From contig JARVGK010000049.1 of the NCBI GenBank assembly GCA_029762535.1, forward strand, positions 1 to 12,618: 12,618 bases of DNA, written 5' to 3'. The position numbers and the translations under genes were made by a program. Origin of the DNA: Thermoplasmatota archaeon. Its GTDB lineage: Archaea; Thermoplasmatota; Penumbrarchaeia; Penumbrarchaeales; Penumbrarchaeaceae. Positions 1 to 6,499 of this stretch are shown here, piece after piece (the stretch's first letter is position 1; each line of letters begins with the position of its first letter). The notes beneath the pieces are model-generated. The model had not been told where the DNA came from, did not search any database, and saw only the letters and a list, made by a program, of their open reading frames with translations.

Positions 1-81
1 TGGGTGGCCGCTCCGGCCCCCTCCCAGCCGGTTGTTGATAACGCAAACGTTAATACCACATCCGACAATCCACCCATCTAA
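1..81 (+). CDS. Probable 3' end of an upstream gene (Pro-rich C-terminal tail), truncated by the window edge
   Basis: Frame 1 is open from base 1 to TAA at 79-81 and reads WVAAPAPSQPVVDNANVNTTSDNPPI*. The composition resembles the APQPVPAP tail of the next gene, whose likely start is 44 nt downstream. Confidence 0.45.
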   Translation, partial: WVAAPAPSQPVVDNANVNTTSDNPPI

Positions 82-125
82 GGGATAAGGTCACGATAAG
101 TTCGAGTCAAATAGAGGTGTGCAAC

Positions 126-3100
126 ATGAGATCAAGTGGGGTAGGCAAAGGCAGTATCGCCGCAGTGTTCCTGGTAGCGACCCTGGTGCTTGCGGGTTTG
201 ATAGCATTACTTGTACCATCCGCGGAGACGGAAGCCATGCTGGCCGAGGAAAGCGATGCTTTCGGCTATATATGGCAGGACAGCAGGGATCCCGATCCGA
301 AGGTTGATTATGAATGGATAGATGCGAAGACGAACGGTGATGAGTTCGAGGATATAACCACGTCAAGTGGCGTGGCCAACAGATCCCTGCCGTTCACCTT
401 TCCCTATTACGGAGTGGACTACGACACCATCTGGGTAACAGCAAGGGGTTATCTCACCTTCCAGGAGATCTCCTCGGCCAGCACCAGTTACAGCAGCAAT
501 CTCCCAAACGGTGATGGCCACGATAATATCGTCGCTGTCATTTGGAACGGTTATTACACATATTACACTGCTGGCGGTACATACGGCGGGATCCATTACT
601 ATGAGGACCCTGCCGGCGATTTCGTATGCATAGAATGGAACCGCAATTCCCAGGGACAGACCGCGGAGGTCATACTCTACAAGAGCGGTCTCATAAAGAT
701 GCAGTGGAAGGATCTCGGAACATCGTATCCCACCGGACTCTACACGGTCGCAGGTATCGAGAACGAGGACGGGTCCGACGGACAATGCTACTCGTTCTAC
801 CAGGGTGAGGAGCTTGGGTCGAGCCTTGCCGTGGAGTTCTCCACCGAGATCGCATCCATCGCTGGATTGGAGCTGGCTGACGGCGACGGTGAAGATGCGC
901 ATATCTGCTATGCAGAGCACAGGAACTACGAGTTCAGGACCGCCGTCTCCAGCGGTGAAGGGTGGTCCGACATAGTGCATGTTAAGATGTTCTTCGGACC
1001 GGTATCCCTGGGATTGGGGGCCGAGTTCAAGATCGTGGGCGGCCTGCCGGATTTCGATCTCCTTCCCGGTTCCGGGGATCATATGGTCCTCGAAAGCATA
1101 GATGTCAGTGCGAACCCGGACGACCTGAACCAGGTGAACGTATCGGTCCATGTCATGTTCCTCTTTCCCATCCCGCTCAACGGGAACATATCTGTCTCCG
1201 TATGGGCAAGGGGCCGATACGCACTGCCGATGATGCAGACGTTCGAGGACGTTCTCTACCTGGAGAACATGGCAGTGATAGCCGGTGAATTCGAGATCAT
1301 AGGGAACAGGGACAGGGAGATCAAACCCGGCGAATATACGATGGAGAACGAATCGGTGACCTTCACGGGGCTGATGCTTCAGTACGAGCATCATACGGAT
1401 GGTATATACCCGCCAAATTCGAGCTTCACGTTCATGATGAGGGATGAGCTCAACGAGGTCTTGATCGACGTGAACTCCTCGGGAAGGGATTTCCATTTCA
1501 ACATCAACATGCCCATGGAGGCCATCAGAAAGGTGTTCACCTTCCTACTTGACGGGATCCCCCTGAGCAACGTCATAGGGGACCTTCCCGAAGCGGCACT
1601 GACAGTGGACAACACCCCACCCTCGGCCCCAACGACGATGACCATAAGGGCCGACTCCTGGTCCGATGTCCAGACGACGGTAGATAACGACGACGTTCTC
1701 TACGTGACATGGTCAACCGCCTCCGATATAGGGTCAGGGGTGGCCCGTTATAGGATCCACGTTTCCTACGAAACCGAGGACGATACCATCGCCTATACCG
1801 ATTCAAAGACCACGCGCTTCGTCTGGGAAGGGACCGAAGTGGGCGAGTTCACCCTCCTGGTCTGGGCCGAGGACGAGGTAGGTCATGCTGGCACTCCCGT
1901 CAGGAGGACTATAATCATCGATAAGGACCCGCCGGTCTTCTCGGAGTTCAACATTCTTCCAAACCAGTGGATCAAGACCCTAACGCCGGATTGCAGAATA
2001 ATCGCAAAGGACGCGATAACCGAAGGCGTCACCATGGTTTCCGGGGAATCAATTGAGTACTCGATCTCGACCGCAGGGATCGAGAACTTCCAGGAATGGA
2101 TTTCCGCTGATGTCCTCGAGGATAACCTCGAGGTGAACGTGCAGGTGAAGCCCCAGTTCGAGGAAGGGACCGACAACTGGATCCGTTACAGGGCCAAGGA
2201 CATCGCCGGGAACGGCTACGTTCAGTCCGAGGATTTCAGGATCTGGATAGACGTCACCCCGGTACAGATAATGGACGTGTTCCCGACCCAGAACGTCTGG
2301 CACGATCTATTGGTCATAGAATCCAGGGAGATCGAGGCGTTCCTATACGATGAGACCTCCGGTGTGGATACTGGGAACATATACTACAGGGTGTCCACCT
2401 CCAAAGATGATGAAGGGGATCCCATATGGGACACCGGTATCGCCCAGGAAGGGAACTGGATAAAGTACAACGTCAGGCCTGCGGACAGATTGGACGGGGA
2501 CAAGATGGTCCGGGTCCATTTCAAGTATTCAGGTTTCCAGGAAGGGCCGGATAACACGATACAGTTCCGTACGAACGACAGGGCCGGCAATGGCCAGACG
2601 GGCGGCTGGACCTTGTCTCCTCTATATTCCGTATGGATCAACACCAGGCCAATCGCCATGATCGGATCTCCGGTCGATAACCAGCAGTTCTTGATCGACG
2701 AACTATTCACTTTGGATGGGTCGGATTCATACGATATAGATCAGGACCGGAACAATCTGAAGTTCGAGTGGTTCCTTGGATCGAGGCTGCTGGGGACGGG
2801 TATGATCCTTGACAACGTCAGGATATCCATCCTTGGATTCCATATCATCACACTTTATGTGAGCGACCCCGTACACAGGTTGGACGAGAACACGGGAGAG
2901 GACGCCAGGTCCAACACCACCGTCAGGATCGAGATAATCGAGACCGTTTTCAGCAAGGATGTGGACTCGGACGGGGATGGAATGGACGACTACTGGGAGT
3001 TCTTCTACGGGCTGGACCCATACGATCCCAGCGACGCCAACCTTGACTATGACCTGGACGGATATACTAACCTGGAAGAGTATCTGGGATTGGACGGACT

Positions 3101-3608
3101 GGGGCCGTGGGCTGGTGAGCCATCCACGTCTCCGAGGGACCCCACTGAAAAGCCCGAACAGTTCGACCCTGTAGGTGCACCTCCGATTGACCCGCCATTC
3201 TCTTTGATAGTGTTCCTGATCGTGATCGTTGTGGCCGTGTTGATCGCGGCATTGATCGTCGTGGTGGGCTATATCCGGATCAACAGGACCGAGGATCGTG
3301 AGAAGAGGGAGGATGCCGAGGAGGAGGCCATGCTCGTGACTCCGCAGCTCGACATCCCGACGATGCCTGTCATGCCAATGATAGACACATCGGTCCCGAC
3401 GCTTCCGGCCCCGGGCGATGGCGAAGAACAGGAAGCACTTCCGCCTGCGCCGGAGGAGGGAGCCCCTGCTTCCTATGTGGAGGCACCGCAGCCGGTACCG
3501 GCGCCGGAGGGGGGAGCTCCCGTGTCCTCTGAAGAGGCACCGCAGCCGGTACCGGCGCCGATGGAGGGGGGGGCGTCCCCACCGGATGCCGAACCGCAGG
3601 TTCAATGA
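126..3608 (+). CDS. Large membrane-anchored cell-surface protein: signal peptide, NIDO-like domain, FN3/Ig-like domains, PKD-like domain, TSP3-like Ca-binding repeats, C-terminal TM helix and Pro/Glu-rich tail
   Basis: ATG at 126 is preferred over GTG 117 because GAGGTG lies at 114-119. Hydrophobic N-terminus (IAAVFLVATLVLAGLIALLV). DAFGYIWQDS...YEWID and LPFTFPYYGVDYDTIWVTARGYLTF are NIDO-like. DNTPPSAP...VTWSTASDIGSGVARYRI is FN3-like. FTLDGSDSYDID...FEW...GFHIITLYVSD is PKD-like. DSDGDGMDDYWE...DYDLDGYTNLEEY is a DxDxDG repeat. TM helix FSLIVFLIVIVVAVLIAALIVVVGYI at about 3198-3275. Confidence 0.9.
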   Translation: MRSSGVGKGSIAAVFLVATLVLAGLIALLVPSAETEAMLAEESDAFGYIWQDSRDPDPKVDYEWIDAKTNGDEFEDITTSSGVANRSLPFTFPYYGVDYDTIWVTARGYLTFQEISSASTSYSSNLPNGDGHDNIVAVIWNGYYTYYTAGGTYGGIHYYEDPAGDFVCIEWNRNSQGQTAEVILYKSGLIKMQWKDLGTSYPTGLYTVAGIENEDGSDGQCYSFYQGEELGSSLAVEFSTEIASIAGLELADGDGEDAHICYAEHRNYEFRTAVSSGEGWSDIVHVKMFFGPVSLGLGAEFKIVGGLPDFDLLPGSGDHMVLESIDVSANPDDLNQVNVSVHVMFLFPIPLNGNISVSVWARGRYALPMMQTFEDVLYLENMAVIAGEFEIIGNRDREIKPGEYTMENESVTFTGLMLQYEHHTDGIYPPNSSFTFMMRDELNEVLIDVNSSGRDFHFNINMPMEAIRKVFTFLLDGIPLSNVIGDLPEAALTVDNTPPSAPTTMTIRADSWSDVQTTVDNDDVLYVTWSTASDIGSGVARYRIHVSYETEDDTIAYTDSKTTRFVWEGTEVGEFTLLVWAEDEVGHAGTPVRRTIIIDKDPPVFSEFNILPNQWIKTLTPDCRIIAKDAITEGVTMVSGESIEYSISTAGIENFQEWISADVLEDNLEVNVQVKPQFEEGTDNWIRYRAKDIAGNGYVQSEDFRIWIDVTPVQIMDVFPTQNVWHDLLVIESREIEAFLYDETSGVDTGNIYYRVSTSKDDEGDPIWDTGIAQEGNWIKYNVRPADRLDGDKMVRVHFKYSGFQEGPDNTIQFRTNDRAGNGQTGGWTLSPLYSVWINTRPIAMIGSPVDNQQFLIDELFTLDGSDSYDIDQDRNNLKFEWFLGSRLLGTGMILDNVRISILGFHIITLYVSDPVHRLDENTGEDARSNTTVRIEIIETVFSKDVDSDGDGMDDYWEFFYGLDPYDPSDANLDYDLDGYTNLEEYLGLDGLGPWAGEPSTSPRDPTEKPEQFDPVGAPPIDPPFSLIVFLIVIVVAVLIAALIVVVGYIRINRTEDREKREDAEEEAMLVTPQLDIPTMPVMPMIDTSVPTLPAPGDGEEQEALPPAPEEGAPASYVEAPQPVPAPEGGAPVSSEEAPQPVPAPMEGGASPPDAEPQVQ
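3444..3576 (+). repeat. In-frame tandem repeat with 54-nt (18-aa) period, about 2.5 copies
   Basis: GAGGCACCGCAGCCGGTACCGGCGCCG is identical at 3480-3506 and 3534-3560. Protein units: PAPEEGAPASYVEAPQPV / PAPEGGAPVSSEEAPQPV / PAPMEGGA. Confidence 0.9.
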
Positions 3609-3641
3609 TAGAGATCGCATAATGGGTGTGGGGGGAAGATA

Positions 3642-3670
3642 AGGAGGGAGGCACGTCAAGCCTCCCTCCT
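3642..3670. other. Perfect 11-bp inverted repeat (stem-loop) downstream of the large surface gene; possible 3' stability or termination element
   Basis: AGGAGGGAGGC (3642-3652), loop ACGTCAA, GCCTCCCTCCT (3660-3670). No oligo-T tail follows. Confidence 0.7.
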
Positions 3671-3728
3671 CCAATTCATACCCTGATACCTGAGGTGGGA
3701 AAAGGATCCCAACTTCGATCATCCGTTA

Positions 3729-3745
3729 GTTATTTATATATAAGC
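3729..3745 (+). promoter_or_regulatory. TATA box of the oap/arv operon promoter
   Basis: TTTATATA at 3733-3740 within the strongest AT-rich patch of the intergenic region. GGAGGCG RBS-like motif at 3773-3779 precedes ATG 3788. Confidence 0.65.
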
Positions 3746-3787
3746 ATATTCGATTAACCAGACCAATGAGCCGGAGGCGCGAGGCGG

Positions 3788-4414
3788 ATGGGGATCCTGG
3801 ATAACGTTCTGCGGAAGCTTCGGGGTTTGTTCCGAAAGAAGCAGGCCTCCATCGGGATATACGGCCCTCCCAACGCCGGGAAGACGACCCTCGCGAACAG
3901 GATAAGCAGGGACTGGACGGGTAAACCCCTGGGAAAGACATCCGATGTGCCCCACGAGACAAGGCATGTGAAAGAGCGTAAGGAGATCGTTATCAAAGCG
4001 GCCAGGTCAAGGATCAACTTCGACATAGTCGATACCCCAGGAATAGCCACCAAGATAGATTTCCACAACTTCGTAGAGGACCATGGTCTCGATCCCGCAG
4101 AGGCCAGGAACCGCGCCAAGGAGGCCACCGAAGGCGTCATCGAGGCCATAAAGTGGCTCGATCGTGTGGATGGCGTTCTTCTCGTTATGGACTCTACAGA
4201 GGATCCCTACAATCAGGTCAATGTGACACTGATAGGCAACCTCGAAGCGAGAAAGCTCCCAACGATAATCATCGCCAACAAGACGGACCTTCAGGGATCG
4301 AACTGGGGTTCCATAAGGGATGCCTTCCCGGACCACCCCACGGTACCTGTCTCCGCTCTTACCGGAAAGGGTATGGACAAGCTCTACTCGACGATGGTGG
4401 ACCATTTCAGATGA
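3788..4414 (+). CDS. arvA: Archaeal small GTPase (Era-like GTP-binding protein), OapA/ArvA family
   Basis: G1 GIYGPPNAGKTT, G2 PHETR, G3 DTPG, G4 NKTD, G5 SAL. Family-typical LANRISRDWTG, EATEGVIEAIKWL and DPYNQVN segments. Followed by DUF2073 and DUF2072 genes in the canonical order. Confidence 0.93.
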   Translation: MGILDNVLRKLRGLFRKKQASIGIYGPPNAGKTTLANRISRDWTGKPLGKTSDVPHETRHVKERKEIVIKAARSRINFDIVDTPGIATKIDFHNFVEDHGLDPAEARNRAKEATEGVIEAIKWLDRVDGVLLVMDSTEDPYNQVNVTLIGNLEARKLPTIIIANKTDLQGSNWGSIRDAFPDHPTVPVSALTGKGMDKLYSTMVDHFR

Positions 4415-4426
4415 GGTGATGAAAGA

Positions 4427-4858
4427 ATGGATGGCAATGTCGGTGGGGGACCTGCGATGGAGGGCATATCCATAGACCTCATCTCGAACGAGAGATTGGA
4501 CGAGCTCGGCGGGGATAAGATCAGGTTCATAATCGATGCGGTCAAGAAGGGCAAGGTCATGGTATTGGAGAAGGGCCTGACCCCCGCCGAGGAGCTGGAG
4601 CTGATCAGGGTCACGATGAGCGAGATCGACCACGACCATTTCATCGGTTTGGAAACTCCAGGTTTCAGCGGCAACGTAACGAAAAGGACATTCCTACAAA
4701 GAATACTTGGCAGAACCCCCTCTCCAAGGATGATGGTGGTCGGACCTGCACATCTTCTGCGTACGATCAAGAAGGACGGCAGGACCATTCAGGCGATCAT
4801 CCTTACCAGGGATGACCGGGTCATGAAAGAGGAGCTCAGGGCCGTACTCGAGGAATGA
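4427..4858 (+). CDS. arvB: OapB/ArvB family protein (DUF2073)
   Basis: IDLIS...KIRFIIDAVKKGKVMVLEKGLTPAEELELIRVTMSEIDHDHFIGLE, FLQRILG and MMVVGPAHLLRTIKKD match the DUF2073 pattern. RBS GAGGTGA at 4413-4419 overlaps the GTPase stop codon. Confidence 0.9.
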   Translation: MDGNVGGGPAMEGISIDLISNERLDELGGDKIRFIIDAVKKGKVMVLEKGLTPAEELELIRVTMSEIDHDHFIGLETPGFSGNVTKRTFLQRILGRTPSPRMMVVGPAHLLRTIKKDGRTIQAIILTRDDRVMKEELRAVLEE

Positions 4859-4914
4859 TCGTGGGACCAAATTAAATAATCGATAACGCCTTAGACCTGC
4901 CCTGGAGGCCTGCT

Positions 4915-5613
4915 TTGCCCCATCAATGTCTGAACTGCGGCATGATCATCCCTCGGGGATCACCGGATATCCTCAACGGCTGCTCAGGATGCGGCGGTAA
5001 GAAGTTCATGTACGTAAGCACGCCCATGGACGAGAAGAAAAGGCTAGAGATAAAGAACCAGGCTGACAAGGTAAGGGACCAGATCCTCTCCAAAGCCGAT
5101 AAGCGTATCCTTGAAGCGCTGGAGAGAAAAGGGATCGGCGAGATCGACGGCGTGAAGCTTACCATGGAGGGGCCCCGGGAAAAGGGCTGGTTCAGGGTCA
5201 CTCCCCCCGCGGAAGAGGCATCCGAGCCCCCGAAGGTCAAAAAGAAGGCCAGGGAGATCATTGAGGAATACGATAGGGAGATGGCCGCCTCGGGAAGGAT
5301 CGTAAAGGAGCATGTGCCCAAAAAGGCGGTTGAGGATAAACCCGAACCCATACAATTCGAACGCGAGATCGAACGGCCAAAAGGGATCGGACCACGTAAG
5401 AAGAAAAAGGCGGAGACCGTACATGAAACCCCGCCGAGCGATGACATCAACGTCATAAAGATAGTAGAGAAGGGCGTTTACGAGATCGACGTACAGAAAC
5501 TGCTGGATGACAGTCCGATAATAATCGAGAGGGACGGAACATATCTGATACACCTTCCCTCGCTCCTCGAGCTGAAGAGGTCATCGAAGAAGGATCATTC
5601 CTTCAGATTCTGA
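4915..5613 (+). CDS. arvC: OapC/ArvC family Zn-ribbon protein (DUF2072), TTG start
   Basis: MPHQCLNCG...ILNGCSGCGGKKFMYV gives two CxxC pairs. The C-terminal INVIKIVEKGVYEIDVQKLL...IIIERDGTYLIHLPS block is family-typical. GGAGG at 4904-4908 precedes the TTG. Confidence 0.92.
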   Translation: MPHQCLNCGMIIPRGSPDILNGCSGCGGKKFMYVSTPMDEKKRLEIKNQADKVRDQILSKADKRILEALERKGIGEIDGVKLTMEGPREKGWFRVTPPAEEASEPPKVKKKAREIIEEYDREMAASGRIVKEHVPKKAVEDKPEPIQFEREIERPKGIGPRKKKKAETVHETPPSDDINVIKIVEKGVYEIDVQKLLDDSPIIIERDGTYLIHLPSLLELKRSSKKDHSFRF

Positions 5614-6314
5614 TCGATCTTCCTCGCAAGGGTGGGTGTGATCCCCTGAACCTTTACCAGATCGAAAGGCTCGGCCTTCTTGAGCTTTTCGATGCTGTCG
5701 TATCCCGCATCGAGAATGAAGGATGCTTTCACCTCGTCCATGCCGGGGATCGAGAGGAGGCGCTTCATGGCCTCTCCTCTGGCATCGACCTTCTGGAATA
5801 CGGGCTCTTCGGGCTCGGGCATCCTCTCGTCATCGGGTGCAAGTGTGTCGAGCAGGGTCCTTCTCATCGAGGTCCTGTTCACGATCTCCTTCCATTTCCT
5901 GATGCGATCGGGCATCTCTTCGAGAAATGAGAGGTTGTCCCTGAACCAGTTGTCCCTCTCCTCCAAAGACTTGCGAAGGGAACGGACCTCCTGGTCCATT
6001 TCCTCGGTGAGGTAATAGAGTTTCTTATATCTGCCTCGCTCCTGCTGCAGGGTATCCTCCAGCTCCCTCACCCTGTTGGTTAGGTCCTCCACTTTGTTGG
6101 ACACGCTGGCCTTGGAAACCTCGTACTTGCGGAGCTCGGAGTCCTTTGCCTCCATCAGCTCTCTGAGAGTGGCGATGATCCGGTCCTTCTCTCGCTCCTT
6201 GGCCTCCAGCTCCTTTATAAGGGTCAAGGAGGTCCTGAGCTCCTCCTCCTGCTTCTCGTATCCATCCCACAGCTTTAGGAGGTATTTCCTGTCCTGTTCC
6301 ATATCCTGGGTCAT
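5595..6314 (-). CDS. Coiled-coil protein with C-terminal tandem helix-hairpin-helix domain
   Basis: About 130 aa of heptad-like E/K/R/L-rich sequence, then LLSIPGMDEVKASFILDAGYDSIEKLKKAEPFDLVKVQGITPTLARKI (HHH_5-like). RBS GGAGGA on the minus strand at 6321-6326. Confidence 0.85.
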   Translation of the reverse strand: MTQDMEQDRKYLLKLWDGYEKQEEELRTSLTLIKELEAKEREKDRIIATLRELMEAKDSELRKYEVSKASVSNKVEDLTNRVRELEDTLQQERGRYKKLYYLTEEMDQEVRSLRKSLEERDNWFRDNLSFLEEMPDRIRKWKEIVNRTSMRRTLLDTLAPDDERMPEPEEPVFQKVDARGEAMKRLLSIPGMDEVKASFILDAGYDSIEKLKKAEPFDLVKVQGITPTLARKIDQNLKE

Positions 6315-6371
6315 CGCGTGTCCTCCAGATAAACAGCTTGCCGCCCGTTACGGACCTACCGTGAATGGGAC

Positions 6372-6387
6372 CATATCTATATAAATT
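6372..6387 (-). promoter_or_regulatory. TATA box for the coiled-coil/HhH gene
   Basis: The minus strand reads AATTTATATAGATAT about 60-70 nt upstream of ATG 6314, compatible with a leadered mRNA carrying an RBS. Confidence 0.55.
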
Positions 6388-6443
6388 GTCCATCAAGACG
6401 GCCCTGTACGATGGACACAACGATAGTTTGGAGGTATATGGCC

Positions 6444-6463
6444 TCGCAAAGGTTATATTGCGA
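6444..6463 (+). promoter_or_regulatory. BRE/TATA-like element of the FG-GAP/CARDB gene, embedded in a 6-8-6 palindrome
   Basis: TCGCAA-aggttata-TTGCGA. TTATAT at 6453-6458 is preceded by CGCAAAGG. RBS GAGGTG at 6487-6492. Confidence 0.5.
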
Positions 6464-6499
6464 TTATGCCCTTTCTTCCGACTGACGAGGTGTTGACCC

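Noticed and set aside
363-1496. 377-aa minus-strand ORF
   Set aside because: Lies wholly antisense to a well-supported gene. It is V/H/D-rich shadow sequence expected from codon bias, with no recognisable motif.
3444-3576. Direct repeats as a CRISPR array
   Set aside because: Only two exact copies, in frame within a CDS, with similar intervening segments and no cas genes.
3624-3683. Archaeal SECIS element
   Set aside because: The GAA is not followed by the short G-C helix geometry of archaeal SECIS. The upstream TGA is followed directly by TAG, so no selenoprotein is implied.
3624-3710. G-run and GGTGGGAAAAGG as possible ORB origin boxes
   Set aside because: Lacks the TCCA-x-TGGAA core, has no inverted ORB pair around a DUE, and there is no adjacent cdc6.
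2727-3722. 331-aa minus-strand ORF
   Set aside because: Antisense shadow of the surface protein C-terminus. Its Arg-rich repeats merely mirror the Pro-rich tandem repeat.
4007-5553. Several minus-strand ORFs over arvABC
   Set aside because: The plus-strand frames carry strong family motifs, so these are shadows.
5595-6314. radA, nusA or rpl32e assignment from the HhH domain
   Set aside because: No RecA ATPase, KH/S1 or L32e domain; only the HhH module is shared.
4862-6375. TGGGACCA preceding AT-rich patches at about 4862 and 6367
   Set aside because: An 8-mer that also occurs inside coding sequence (about 6722); insufficient evidence for a shared operator.
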